From an uncultured Acidobacteriota bacterium (GTDB taxonomy: Bacteria; Acidobacteriota; Thermoanaerobaculia; UBA5066; Gp7-AA6): a stretch of DNA of 64,000 nt. Below the pieces are notes generated by a model. The model had not been told where the DNA came from and searched no databases. It saw nothing but the letters and a program-made list of their open reading frames with translations. How positions within the stretch are numbered: position 1 is the stretch's first letter; each line of letters begins with the position of its first letter. Positions 18,922 through 28,561 of the stretch are shown in pieces. The stretch lies in contig CAVQCH010000007.1 of the NCBI GenBank assembly GCA_963710945.1, positions 97,183 through 161,182 of the forward strand, given 5' to 3'. Made by a program: the position numbers and the translations under genes.

Positions 18922-19045
18922 GACGGAATCTCCTGAGTCCTTGAGGGGGTTGGCCTTCGTCGGGAGTCCCCCGACCTCGAAGGAAGGTCGGCGACGACAA
19001 GGTTCCGAGGCCGACTGGTTCTTTGAAGGATCTCGACCGTATCAC
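18922..19045 (-). promoter_or_regulatory. conserved 5' leader/promoter region shared with the paralog at 28859-28982
   Basis: About 125 nt upstream of the ATG are near-identical between the two copies. They include the hairpin CCTTCGAGGTCGGG-loop-CCCGACGAAGG, whose stems are conserved while the loop differs (GGACT vs ATGTT). Confidence 0.35.
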
Positions 19046-19120
19046 CAACGAGGGGCAGCGTAGGCTGATCAGATCGCATCATTTCGACAAGCGCTTCGTA
19101 TTCGCTCCGTGCAGAGTCCA

Positions 19121-19198
19121 CGACGAGGGATCCGGAGCTTGACTGCTATCTCCGCGTGTCGAGTGCGGGATCCCTCGCTGCGCTCGGGATGACAGGCT
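19121..19198. repeat. family A repeat (left arm truncated)
   Basis: cgacgagggatccggagcttgactgc...cgggatccctcgctgcgctcgggatgacaggctgg. Confidence 0.65.
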
Positions 19199-19207
19199 GG
19201 AGCCGCC

Positions 19208-19438
19208 TTACTTGCCGCTCGTTGCGAGAACGATCTCGAGGCCCCTTTCGATCAGCCTGGCACGACTCACGCCGAGAGAGCGGGCGAGCTTGTCCGAACG
19301 CTGAAGCAGGTTCTGCTCCACGCTGACGGAGATAACTTTGACGCCCTCACCCCGACGGGGGCGGCCCGCCTTGCGTCGTGCCCGCTCCCAGCGGCTTCGG
19401 GCCGTCGGGGTCAATGGCTTGAAGCCGTCGATGACCAT
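19208..19438 (-). CDS. ribbon-helix-helix (CopG/antitoxin-like) protein; probable N-terminal extension in another frame
   Basis: The C-terminal VKVISVSVEQNLLQRSDKLARSLGVSRARLIERGLEIVL looks like an RHH fold. Upstream on the same strand, ATG ~19543 opens MKKTRKPARKPSRAE in another frame. That frame would join ...RSRLAEATAQYGKEMVIDG if a 1-2 nt indel near 19495 were corrected. Confidence 0.5.
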   Translation of the reverse strand: MVIDGFKPLTPTARSRWERARRKAGRPRRGEGVKVISVSVEQNLLQRSDKLARSLGVSRARLIERGLEIVLATSGK

Positions 19439-19637
19439 CTCCTTCCCGTATTGAGCCGTCGCCTCGGCCAGCCGGCTGCGCTCTCGGCGCGGGACGGTTT
19501 TCGGGCGGGTTTTCGGGTCTTCTTCATCGCATCCTCCGTCGGAATCGCGGATTCGGACTCACGGGCTGCGAATCAGTTTCCAAAAGTCCTTTGGGCGAGC
19601 TTCTTCTTGGTTCGCGCCGGGAGAGTTCGACGCTTCG

Positions 19638-20084
19638 TCATCGTCCCCTTCTTGGCGAAGCGGTACGAGTCGACGTCTTCCGGGTGGCTGTCTTGCGGCC
19701 GTAGCCTCCGGCCGATTCGTGCACGAGCGCGGGAGCAACGGCGCCGGTGGCGTAAGGTCGGGCAGCGCGACCGCTCGGTCGGCCTGGGCGCGCGATCAGG
19801 CGGATCTCCAGGTGAGCTTCGAGCACTTCGGCTGCGCGAACCAGGGTCCGAATCTCGAGATTACCTCCCTGCGCTTCCATCCTGGCGACCGCAGGCTGAC
19901 TGACACCGAGCAGTCCGGCAAGCTGGGACTGCGTGAGCCCGCGTCGCTCACGAAGGGCAATGAGGTCCTGCTCGATGCGCATTTCGGCGAGCCGCTTCTC
20001 GACGCGCGCGGCCAGGTCGGGGTCCCGCGCGAGGGAATGGGCGAGCCACTCGTCGAACGATTTCGAGACTACTTTTCGTTTCAT
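19638..20084 (-). CDS. XRE-family helix-turn-helix protein (antitoxin/regulator-like)
   Basis: HTH_3-type block LRERRGLTQSQLAGLLGVSQPAVARMEAQGGNLEIRTLVRAAEVL. ATG 20084 is preferred over TTG 20093. The low-complexity basic tail makes the true stop uncertain. Confidence 0.65.
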   Translation of the reverse strand: MKRKVVSKSFDEWLAHSLARDPDLAARVEKRLAEMRIEQDLIALRERRGLTQSQLAGLLGVSQPAVARMEAQGGNLEIRTLVRAAEVLEAHLEIRLIARPGRPSGRAARPYATGAVAPALVHESAGGYGRKTATRKTSTRTASPRRGR

Positions 20085-20163
20085 CGTGCCCAATCGTGGA
20101 TATAACTTATAAGTTATCTCGCCAGGACGTCAAGTGTCCGACTGGCAAGCCGATGATGCGGCC

Positions 20164-20433
20164 GTGCCTGAGATCAGTCGATTCTTCGGGATCGTCGTCC
20201 GGATGTTTGTCGAGTCGGGCAGCCCTCACCACAGGCCGCACTTCCATGCCTACTACCAGGGTCGGGTGGCCATCTTCGCTGCCGATTCAGTCGCAAGGAT
20301 CGGCGGAAGTCTGCCGCTCCGACAAGAGCGCCTGGTGATGGCCTGGGCCGAGATCCACCGAGCGGAGCTTCTCGATGATTGGGCGGCTTTGCAGGCGGGA
20401 GGCGTGCCCGCTAAGATTGAACCCCTGAGGTAA
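20164..20433 (+). CDS. DUF4160 domain protein
   Basis: From GTG 20164 it reads VPEISRFFGIVVRMFVESGSPHHRPHFHAYY, the characteristic DUF4160 N-terminus. The track ORF starts at 20134. Confidence 0.7.
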   Translation: MPEISRFFGIVVRMFVESGSPHHRPHFHAYYQGRVAIFAADSVARIGGSLPLRQERLVMAWAEIHRAELLDDWAALQAGGVPAKIEPLR

Positions 20434-20437
20434 TGGC

Positions 20438-20731
20438 TTGACTCACGCGGTTCACGCGGTCATGGGGTTCGAGAAGGTCGCTCCTTTCACGCTGCGCGTG
20501 CGTTTCGAGGATGGGACGACGCAGGTCGTGGACTTTCGACCGGTGCTCGCTGGCGAGATTTTCGGTCCTCTCGCCGACGCCCGGGTCTTCGACCAGGTCA
20601 AGCTCGACGAGGAAAGCCGGACGCTCGTTTGGCCCAATGGAGCGGACTTCGATCCCGCCACTCTTCACGACTGGCCAGAAGAAGGGCCGCGGATAGCCGC
20701 GCTTGCCAGGAGTTGGGTAGGCGCGAGGTGA
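20438..20731 (+). CDS. DUF2442 domain protein
   Basis: 97 aa. ...LRVRFEDGTTQVVDFRPVL...WPNGADFDPATLH fits DUF2442. It starts 5 nt after the DUF4160 stop, the usual paired arrangement. Confidence 0.65.
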   Translation: MTHAVHAVMGFEKVAPFTLRVRFEDGTTQVVDFRPVLAGEIFGPLADARVFDQVKLDEESRTLVWPNGADFDPATLHDWPEEGPRIAALARSWVGAR

Positions 20732-20825
20732 TAGGGCGGGTTCCCGGCTCGCTCACTAAGGCGCTCGGACGACGGAGAGGAACCTTGGGTCGGGCTCGAG
20801 CGTAGAGTCACTGGCAGGAGGTTCC

Positions 20826-22172
20826 ATGCCGTTGAGATTGCTGGCTTCCACGGTCCTGGTCTGTCTGTTCGCGGCGGGGGCCGCGTTGGGGGCGGCGGTG
20901 CCGGTGGCGGCGCCGGTCGACGTCTCGGGGGAGTGGGAGTTGGCGACGATGGTCTTCGGCCAGCCGCTCGCCGAACGGCTCACCCTCAAGGTCGAGAACG
21001 GAAAGATCACGGGAACGAACTCGGGCAGGGACGTGACGGGTTCGGTCCAGGGGGACGTGGTCCGGTTCGAGTACAAGGACCGCGACGGGACGCTCAACGC
21101 TTACGAGGGGCGCCTGCGGGACGGGAAGCTGTCCGGCACGCTGAAGGTGACGAGCGAGCCGTGGGGCGAGTCGCCTGCCATGGAGTGGAGCGCGAGGCGA
21201 CCGGCGACGGGCAAGCCCGCGGCGCCGCGCACGCTCGATTTCGAGCCGAAGGAGTTCCAGCGGGCGTTCTCGAGCACCGTCCCGCCGGTGTTGCACATCT
21301 GGCCCGGCGACACGGTGCGGACGAAGACTGTGGATGCCGGCGGCGTCGACGATAAGGGAAAGACGCGCAGCCTCGGCGGCAATCCGCAGACGGGGCCGTT
21401 CTACGTCGAAGGGGCGATGCCGGGGGACATGCTCGTGGTCCACGTGAAGAAGCTGCGGCTCAATCGGCCGTCTGCGATCAGCGACGACGGGTTCGTGGAC
21501 CGGGCGCTCACGACGGGCTACGCCTCGGAGCACAAGGACAACAACTTCAACGACGTGGTGTGGACGCTCGACATCGAGAAGGGGACGGCGCGGCCGGAGA
21601 AGGCGACGGATCGCCTGAAGGACCTGTCCGTGCCGGTGCGGCCGATGCTCGGATGCGTGGGCGTCGCGCCGGGATTCGGGTCGCCGGGGATCCGCACGGG
21701 CGACTCGGGGCGCTTCGGCGGCAACATGGACTTCAACGAGATCCGCGAGGGCGCGACGGTGTACCTCCCGGTGTCGCAGCCGGGAGCGCTGCTCTACGTC
21801 GGCGACGGACACGCGGTCCAGGGAGACGGGGAGCTGAACGGCAATGCGCTCGAGACGTCGCTCGACGTGGAGCTCTCGGTGGACCTCGTGCGGGACAAGA
21901 GCATTTCGGCGCCGCGCGTCGAGAACGACGATTACCTGATGGCGATGGGGCTCGCCGGCTCGCTCGACGGCGCGTTCCGCGAGGCGACGTCGGCGCTGGC
22001 ATCGTGGCTCGAGGGCGAGTACGGGCTGACGGGGCCGGAGGCGGCGATGCTGCTCGGGCCGACGGTGGAGTACAAGATTTCGGAAGTGGCCGATCGCAAT
22101 GCCGGTGTGGTGGCGATGGTGAAGAAGAAGTTCTTGCCGGCGAAGGTGGCCGCGACGCCGGCGGCGAAGTAG
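20826..22172 (+). CDS. acetamidase/formamidase family protein with signal peptide
   Basis: 448 aa. N-terminal signal, then GGNPQTGPFYVEGAMPGDMLVVH...GNMDFNEIREGATVYLPV...LYVGDGHAVQGDGE, typical of the FmdA/AmdA family. Confidence 0.8.
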   Translation: MPLRLLASTVLVCLFAAGAALGAAVPVAAPVDVSGEWELATMVFGQPLAERLTLKVENGKITGTNSGRDVTGSVQGDVVRFEYKDRDGTLNAYEGRLRDGKLSGTLKVTSEPWGESPAMEWSARRPATGKPAAPRTLDFEPKEFQRAFSSTVPPVLHIWPGDTVRTKTVDAGGVDDKGKTRSLGGNPQTGPFYVEGAMPGDMLVVHVKKLRLNRPSAISDDGFVDRALTTGYASEHKDNNFNDVVWTLDIEKGTARPEKATDRLKDLSVPVRPMLGCVGVAPGFGSPGIRTGDSGRFGGNMDFNEIREGATVYLPVSQPGALLYVGDGHAVQGDGELNGNALETSLDVELSVDLVRDKSISAPRVENDDYLMAMGLAGSLDGAFREATSALASWLEGEYGLTGPEAAMLLGPTVEYKISEVADRNAGVVAMVKKKFLPAKVAATPAAK

Positions 22173-22191
22173 AGGACGGCATCGGTCGCGC

Positions 22192-22234
22192 GTCGAGCTC
22201 GGGATCCCTCGCTGCGCTCGGGATGACAGGCTAG
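22192..22234. repeat. family A repeat, single arm
   Basis: gagctcgggatccctcgctgcgctcgggatgacaggctag. Confidence 0.65.
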
Positions 22235-22270
22235 AGGACGACGACAACGGGCATGGAGGCGAGCCTTATG

Positions 22271-22368
22271 CCTGTCATTCCGAGGAGCGAAGCGACGAGG
22301 AATCCCGAACTTGATTGCCACTGCCGCGTATCGCGTCCGGTATCCCTCGCTGCACTCGGGATGACAGC
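22271..22368. repeat. family A palindromic repeat
   Basis: cctgtcattccgaggagcgaagcgacgaggaatcccgaacttgattgccactgccgcg...ggtatccctcgctgcactcgggatgacagc. Confidence 0.7.
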
Positions 22369-22469
22369 TGAAGGTGCTCGGGATTCACGGCACTGACGTT
22401 TTTTGCTAGGCCTGTCGGTCGGGCGCTCCGTAAACGCCTCGTAAACTGGGACTTACACCCCCACCCGAC

Positions 22470-25208
22470 ATGGCTCCTCCTTTGCGTCTATCTGTATGCA
22501 TGAGTCCCTTGCGCCAGGATTCCCCCGGCGGCGGGGTCTCGACCGCTTCGCCGGCGCTCGGCTTGAAGCCCGTGGAGACCGCCGAAACGGCCGCCTCGCT
22601 GCAGCCCGGCGCGGTGCTCGGGCCGTTCCAGATCATCGACCGGCTCGGCGCCGGCGGGATGGGCGAGGTCTACCGCGCGCTCGACACGCGCCTCGGCCGC
22701 AAGGTCGCGCTGAAGGTCCTGCCGACGGAGCTTCTCTCGAACCAGGAAGGGCTCGCGCGGTTCGCGCTCGAGGCGCGGTCCGCGTCGGCGCTCAATCATC
22801 CGAACATCGTCACGATCTTCGAGGTCGGCCGCGCGGAGTCGTCGCCGTACCTCGCGATGGAGCTCGTCGAAGGCTGGACGCTCCGTCACCTGATGGACGC
22901 GGGACCGCTTCCCGTCAAGAAGACGCTCGACATCGCGGCGCAGATCGCGAGCGGGCTCGCGAAGGCGCACCAGGCCGGCATCGTGCACCGGGATCTGAAG
23001 CCCGAGAACATCATGGTCTCGCAGGACGGCTTCGTGAAGATCCTCGACTTCGGCCTGGCCAAGCTCCAGGGGCCGCTCCACGGCGCCGGAGCCGAGGCGA
23101 ATGCGTCGCTGACGCAGGTCGGCCTCATCATCGGAACGCCCGACTACATGTCGCCCGAGCAGGCCGCCGACAAGCCGCTCGATTTCCGCTCCGACCAGTT
23201 CTCCGCCGGGCTCGTCATCTACGAGATGCTGACGAGGCGCCGCCTCTTCCACCGCGCGACGCCCGTCCAGACGCTCTCGGCGATCATCCAGGAAGAGCCC
23301 CTCCCTCTCGAAGGCCTGGATTCGCGCGTGCCGCCGCCGCTTCGCTGGGCGATCGAGCGCTGCCTCGCGAAGGATCCCGCCGACCGCTACGCCTCGACGA
23401 TCGAGCTCGCGCGGGAGCTGAAGCAGATCCGGGACAAGCTCTCCGACTTCGTGCCCTCCGGCGATCGCGCGTCGCGCCGCGTCGACGTGGAGCCGCCCGG
23501 CCCGGGCTCGGTCGCAACTCCGCTGCACCACACGCGCTCGCCGATGGCGTCCATGCAGCAGGAGGCGTCGTCGGCGCCGACGGTGATGACGCCGTCTCCG
23601 ACCCCGGCGCCCGGGAAGGCGCGCCGCGTCCGCGAGTTCGCTCTCGTTCTCCTGCTGGGCTTCGCGCTCTTCCTCGGCGGCGCGGCCGCGGGAAACTGGT
23701 TCCGCGGCAAGCAGGTCGATGCGCCGCCTCCGATCTGGAAGGGGAATCTGCTCGTCGGGCCGATGACGCGCGTGATGGCTCCGCGCAGCTCGCCCGACGG
23801 ACAGACGCTCGCGTTCCTGACGCTCGTCGCGGGCCGCTCCCAGGTCGCGGTGATGAAGCCGTCCTCGGGCGACTGGACCGTCCTGACGCAGCGCGGCGAC
23901 TCGGGCTCCGTCTCCAAGGTCTGCTGGTCGCGCGACGGCGACAAGCTCTACTTCGACCGCGTCAGCGACGTGCCTCGCGGCATCTTCAGCGTTCCGCCTC
24001 TCGGCGGCGAGGAGCGGCCGGTGCTCGAGGATGCGCAGGGCCCCGAGGCGCTGCCGGACGGGAGCCTGCTCGTCGTCAAGCGCGACGCGGCGCGCAATTT
24101 CCAGATCCATCGCTTCCGTCCCGACACGGGAGCTCTCACGCCGGTCGGGCCCGCCGTGTCGGCGGAGGGCGGAACCTGGAGCCTGCGCGCGTTCCCGGAC
24201 GGCAAGGCGGCGATCTTCTGGGGGCGGCTCGCCGGATCGACGGATCCGGCGCGTCGCGTGTACCTCCTCGACCTCGCGACCGGCAAGGCGACGCCGTTCG
24301 CGCCGCAGCTTCCGCTCGCCCCGCCGCTCGCGATCGGGGCCGACGGCAAGTCGGTCCTCGCCTTCGTCACCTTCGGCGATCTCCAGCAGGCGATCTCGGT
24401 GTCGCACGACGGCGAGCAGGGAAGGATCCTCTTTCCCGTGACCGGAAAGCCGTGGGGCATGGACTCGGGCGCCGACGGCAGCCTCTTCGTCAGCACGATG
24501 GACAATCCCGCCGAGCTGCTGCGCCTGTCGGCCGCGGGTGGCGGCGTTCCCGACCAGGTCGTCCGGATGGCGGGCAATCTCGTGACGAGCCCCGTGCAGC
24601 TTCCCGACGGCGGCATGCTGATTCCGAACCAGGTGCTCGGGCGCCGGCGCCTCCTGATCGCCGCGCCCGACGGGCAGCTCAAGCCGTTCCTCGATCCCGC
24701 CGAGCAGGCGACGCCGCCGGCGACGCTCGTGGGCGAGAACCTCGTCGCGTTCCTGTCCGGCAGCGTCGGCCAGCCCTCGATGATCACGGTCGCGACGATG
24801 CCGGAGGGCCGGATCGTCCGCCGCCTCGAGGAGACGAAGGGGATCGCGCCGCAGGGACTCGTCGCGTCGCCGGACGGCAAGACGCTCTACTACGTCAACG
24901 CGGGATCGTTCTTCTCGGTCGACGTCGAGGGAGGCAAGCCGCGCAACCTGCGCCCGGCCAACGGCGTCGCGGTCGATCCGCGCGGTCCGAATCCGTCGCT
25001 CGTCGTCCAGGTCAACGGGCTCGACGGGGTGAAGCTCTTCCACGTGCCGCTCGACGGGAGCTCGGAGATCTCGATTCTCTTCTCGAGCGACTGCGCCTGG
25101 CGCCCATCCCGATCTCCGGCTCGGCGGTCGGTCCCGACGGAAGGATCGCCGTCACCGTCACGTCGCCCGACTCGATGTTCCGCGGCGTCGCGCTGCTCGA
25201 CCCGGTGA
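22470..25208 (+). CDS. Ser/Thr protein kinase with transmembrane segment and TolB-like beta-propeller; 3' end frame-disrupted
   Basis: GAGGMGEVYRA, VALKVL, HRDLKPENIMV, DFGLAKL and GTPDYMSPEQ are all in one frame. There is a TM helix near FALVLLLGFALFLGGAAAG and then SPDG repeats. After ~25088 the sensible reading (...LRLAPIPISGSAVGPDGRIAVTV...) moves to frame 2. After ~25288 it moves to a third frame (ALAVGVSIRSSLWRFQAQ...) ending at TAG 25366-25368. Confidence 0.75.
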   Translation: MAPPLRLSVCMSPLRQDSPGGGVSTASPALGLKPVETAETAASLQPGAVLGPFQIIDRLGAGGMGEVYRALDTRLGRKVALKVLPTELLSNQEGLARFALEARSASALNHPNIVTIFEVGRAESSPYLAMELVEGWTLRHLMDAGPLPVKKTLDIAAQIASGLAKAHQAGIVHRDLKPENIMVSQDGFVKILDFGLAKLQGPLHGAGAEANASLTQVGLIIGTPDYMSPEQAADKPLDFRSDQFSAGLVIYEMLTRRRLFHRATPVQTLSAIIQEEPLPLEGLDSRVPPPLRWAIERCLAKDPADRYASTIELARELKQIRDKLSDFVPSGDRASRRVDVEPPGPGSVATPLHHTRSPMASMQQEASSAPTVMTPSPTPAPGKARRVREFALVLLLGFALFLGGAAAGNWFRGKQVDAPPPIWKGNLLVGPMTRVMAPRSSPDGQTLAFLTLVAGRSQVAVMKPSSGDWTVLTQRGDSGSVSKVCWSRDGDKLYFDRVSDVPRGIFSVPPLGGEERPVLEDAQGPEALPDGSLLVVKRDAARNFQIHRFRPDTGALTPVGPAVSAEGGTWSLRAFPDGKAAIFWGRLAGSTDPARRVYLLDLATGKATPFAPQLPLAPPLAIGADGKSVLAFVTFGDLQQAISVSHDGEQGRILFPVTGKPWGMDSGADGSLFVSTMDNPAELLRLSAAGGGVPDQVVRMAGNLVTSPVQLPDGGMLIPNQVLGRRRLLIAAPDGQLKPFLDPAEQATPPATLVGENLVAFLSGSVGQPSMITVATMPEGRIVRRLEETKGIAPQGLVASPDGKTLYYVNAGSFFSVDVEGGKPRNLRPANGVAVDPRGPNPSLVVQVNGLDGVKLFHVPLDGSSEISILFSSDCAWRPSRSPARRSVPTEGSPSPSRRPTRCSAASRCSTR

Positions 25209-25384
25209 CCGCGGTGCTCGAGCGTCTCCCGGTCGTGTTCGACGGCGACCTGCAGTACCCGGCGTGGGGCCGCGACGGCGCGCTCTTGCCGTCGGCGTCT
25301 CGATCCGCAGCAGCCTCTGGCGCTTCCAGGCGCAGGCGACGCAGGAGAAGGCGGAAGCCGGGCGGTAGCGAACGCGGGACTCGA

Positions 25385-25495
25385 GCGCGGCTCGTCGAGT
25401 ACGGGATAAACGCCGCGCTTCGCGCGACGTTGCCTACTGCCGGGGGTTTGCCGTTGGTGGGCGGCTCCTCGCTGCGCTCGGAATGACAGGCTAAA
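25385..25495. repeat. composite repeat: hairpin unit (aacgccgcgcttcgcgcgacgtt ... ctactgccgggggtttgccgttggtgg) plus a family A arm
   Basis: The reverse complement of the same composite occurs at 37470-37545. A shorter variant occurs at 63085-63125. Confidence 0.6.
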
Positions 25496-25549
25496 GGTTC
25501 GGACCCGACAAGGTTCCTCCCCGCAGTCACGTCGCGCGGAGCCTTAACA

Positions 25550-25615
25550 TGTCATCCCGAGGAGCGAAGCGACGAGGGATCCCGGACTCGATCGCCACCG
25601 TCCCGTGTCCCGTGC
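25550..25615. repeat. family A repeat (left arm and spacer)
   Basis: gtcatcccgaggagcgaagcgacgagggatcccggactcgatcgccaccgtcccgtg. Confidence 0.65.
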
Positions 25616-25690
25616 AAATCGAACGGGCCCTCCCCCCTGAACGAGAGGAGAGGGCCCGGAGTGTGCGGTTGGAGAGTGATTCCGTTCGGC

Positions 25691-26773
25691 TCAGTGATCT
25701 TTGCCGACGGCTTCGATCTTGCCGTAGTAGCCGTTCGTCTCTCCGTCGGGTCCCGCGGCGAAGTACAGGACGTTGGGCGGTCCTGACGCTCCGTTGTTGC
25801 CGAAGCCGATGCCCCAGAGGCCGTCGACCGTGAGCGCGTGGGGGCCCTGCTTCAGGCGTCCGGCGAAGTGCCACTGGCCCCCGTGGTTCTGGCAGAAAGC
25901 GTTGATCCTGCCGTCGCCGAAGTTACCGACCATGAGGCAGCCGCCGAACTTGCCGAAGTCCTCGGGCGCCATGGCCATTCCCCACGGCGAGTTCAGTAGA
26001 CCGTGCGTGCCGACGCGCGCCATCAGGTTGCCGTCGTCGTCGAACTGGCGCACCATGCCGTGGCCGATGCCCGGCACGTCGTCTTTGCCGTCCTTCTTGG
26101 CGTAGGTCACGAAGATCGAGTCGCCGACCGCCTGGATACCGAAGGGACAGTAGCCCTGCGGGATGCTCCGATCCGCGAACCCGCCGGCGGTGTCGAACTC
26201 CGCGAACGAGCCGTCGAAGAAGTTGCCCTGGAAGGCTTCGACTTTGCACTCGCCGAAGTCGGTCGAGTAGAGCGCGTCGCCATGGATGGCGAGGCCCTTG
26301 TAGTTGGAGCCCTCGTCGGTGAAGACGACCTGGGCGTTCGCGTCGATCGTCGAGTTCCACGCGGAGAACGTGCCGTCCTCGCTCGCGAAGATGAAGGTCG
26401 CGGGCACGCCGTCGGCCATCTGGAACGAGCTGCTGTCGTTGTGAATGACGCCGGTGGGATCGCCGGGGACCTCGGGCTCGAGGCCGAGCTTCACGCCGTC
26501 GCCGGTGTAGACCGTGGAGTGGCCGCTGCCGTTGTCGGAGACCCACCACGGGCCGGTGCTGCTCGCGGCGATGCCCCATGCGTTCACGAGAAGCGGGTCC
26601 TGGAGGGGGGCCTCGTCGGCCTCGTTCGAAACGAGAATCGTGACCTGGTAATTGTTGTCCTTGTCGTGGCCTGCCAGCACGAGCTGCTTTCGGTCCGCGC
26701 CGATCGCGAGCGTCGCGAATCCGATGGCACACAACCCCACGAGCGTGCCACTCCGCACCCGATGCCTGTTCAT
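25691..26773 (-). CDS. TIGR03118-like secreted beta-propeller protein
   Basis: ATG 26773 is preceded by AAAGGAGG (the track ORF extends to 26842). Signal peptide, then NAWGIA...WWVSDNGSGHSTVYTGDG...PTGVIHN...FIFASEDGTFSAWN...YKGLAI...LYSTDF, as I remember for the TIGR03118 family. Confidence 0.6.
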   Translation of the reverse strand: MNRHRVRSGTLVGLCAIGFATLAIGADRKQLVLAGHDKDNNYQVTILVSNEADEAPLQDPLLVNAWGIAASSTGPWWVSDNGSGHSTVYTGDGVKLGLEPEVPGDPTGVIHNDSSSFQMADGVPATFIFASEDGTFSAWNSTIDANAQVVFTDEGSNYKGLAIHGDALYSTDFGECKVEAFQGNFFDGSFAEFDTAGGFADRSIPQGYCPFGIQAVGDSIFVTYAKKDGKDDVPGIGHGMVRQFDDDGNLMARVGTHGLLNSPWGMAMAPEDFGKFGGCLMVGNFGDGRINAFCQNHGGQWHFAGRLKQGPHALTVDGLWGIGFGNNGASGPPNVLYFAAGPDGETNGYYGKIEAVGKDH

Positions 26774-26877
26774 CTCGACCTCCTTTTGTTGGTTGGCTGG
26801 ATCGCCATTTCCGAGAAACACTCCGTCTCGGTGGCGATGCAAGCGGCACGCCCCGCGCCAGTTTCTTTAGAGAGCCC

Positions 26878-28450
26878 TTAGGTTCGAGGCTTGCGGGTGG
26901 CGCTCATGGCGCCGCACGCGGCGGCGGCGAGGGCGAGCCCGGCGCAGGCGAAACCCGTGACGTGAAAGGACCTGTCGAGAGAGGTGCGCACGGCCGCCGC
27001 GATGGCACCGGCCTCTGAAGGGGACGCTCCGGCGGGCGGCTTCATCGCGCCGAGTCGGCCGCGGTCGGGCTCGAGCAGCCGGCGGGTGGCGGGCGAGACG
27101 CCGGCGGCCGAGAGGCGGCGGTCGAGCTCGCGGTTGAAGGTCCCGGCGGCGATGATGCCGAAGACGGCGACCGCGAGAAGGGCGGCCACGCGCGCGACGG
27201 CGTTGTTGATCCCGGAAGCCGCGCCCTGGTCTTCCCGGTCGACGGCATTGAGAACGGTCGCGGTCAGCGGGGCGACGGTGATGGCCATGCCGAGCCCGAG
27301 GGCGACGAGAGCCGGAAGCACGGTCGCCGCGTACGCGCCGCCGGCGGGCAGGATCGCGAAGAGCAGAAAGCCCGTGGCGGCGACGAAGGGCCCGACGGTC
27401 AGCGGCAGGCGGGCGCCGAAGCGGTCGGCGATCATACCGGCCGAGCGCGAGAGGGCGGACACGAGGACGACGAGAGGCAGGATCGCCGCGCCGGCCTGCG
27501 CCGGCGTGTATCCGCGCGCCTGGATCAGCACGAAGGGCAGGAAGAAGAAGAGCGCCGCGAGGGCCGCGTAGAGAAAGAGCGTCAGGAAGTTCGCGGCCGT
27601 GAAGGCCCGGCTCCGGAAGAGGGCGAGCGGCACCATCGGTTCGCGGACGTTGAGCTCGACGGCGACGAACGCGGCGAGCAGCGCGACTCCGGCGGCCACC
27701 GCGCCCCACGCGCGCGGGTCGCTCCAGCCGACCGCGGGCGCCTCGATGAGCCCATAGACGAAGGCGCCGAGGCCGAGGGTCGCCAGAACGCGCTCCGCTG
27801 ACGTCGAGTCGCCCGGCCGAAGGGTTGCGCGTCTCGGGGACCTTTCGCCGCGCGATCGCGATGACGGCGCCGGCGATCGGAAGATTGATGAGAAAGACCG
27901 CGCGCCACGAGATCGCCTGGACGAGCCAGCCGCCGAGAGCGGGGCCGACGGCGCTCGCGACGGACGTCAGCGCGGACCAGGCTCCGACGGCGCGGCCGCG
28001 CTCCGACGCCGGAAACGCCGCGCCGAGCATCGCGAGGCTCGAGGGCACGAGAAGCGCCGCGCCGATTCCCTGCAGGGCCCGCGCGGCGATGATCGCGCGG
28101 GCGTCGGGAGCGAGGCCGCAGCCGAGCGAGGCCAGGGCGAAGACGATGGCGCCGAGGGAGAAGATCCGGCGGCGGCCGAACCTGTCGGCCAGCGAGCCGC
28201 CCACGAGAACGAGAGAGGAGAGAAAGAGAGCGTACGCCTCGACGATCCACTGCGCGCTCGAGACGGCGACGCCGAGATCCTGCTGGAGAACCGGCAGCGC
28301 GACGCTGACGACGGTGCCGTCGATGAACGCCATGCTGGATCCGAGGACGGACGCGGCGAGCACCCATCTACCCGTCGCGGGAGAGCAGGGCTGCGCGCCC
28401 GTCGCGAGCGCCGCGCCCTCCGCGCAGGGGCCCGACGAGAGGGAGGACAT
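26878..28450 (-). pseudogene. MFS transporter (DHA2/EmrB-like, 14-TMS class) with one frameshift
   Basis: The N-terminal half (...AFIDGTVVSVALP...LADRFGRRR...ALQGIGAALLVPSS...) is in the frame of ORF 26867..28534. After ...AGRLDVSGA (near 27790) the sensible reading VLATLGLGAFVYGLIEAPAVGWSDPRAWGAVAAGV... continues in the frame of ORF 26878..27699. Confidence 0.7.
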
Positions 28451-28487
28451 CAAAAGGGATGTTGAACGCAATCGGCGTGCCCGGACA

Positions 28488-28516
28488 CAAAAAAAAGAGG
28501 CCCCGATCGAGGCCTC
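28488..28516 (-). terminator. rho-independent terminator of ABM-like paralog 2
   Basis: Minus strand reads AGAGGCCTCGATCGGGGCCTC followed by TTTTTTTT. Homologous to 18563-18589. Confidence 0.65.
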
Positions 28517-28561
28517 TGCAGAACGAGGCGTCAAGCCCGCTCTATGACTCGAAATCCTTCT

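Noticed and set aside
20808-25486. ORFs 20808..22247 (-), 22488..25043 (-) and most of 22496..25486 (+)
   Set aside because: These are shadow frames of the formamidase and kinase genes, with the same R/P/G-rich composition. Only the last ~200 nt of the 22496 frame carries sensible kinase C-terminal sequence, and only because of a frame switch.
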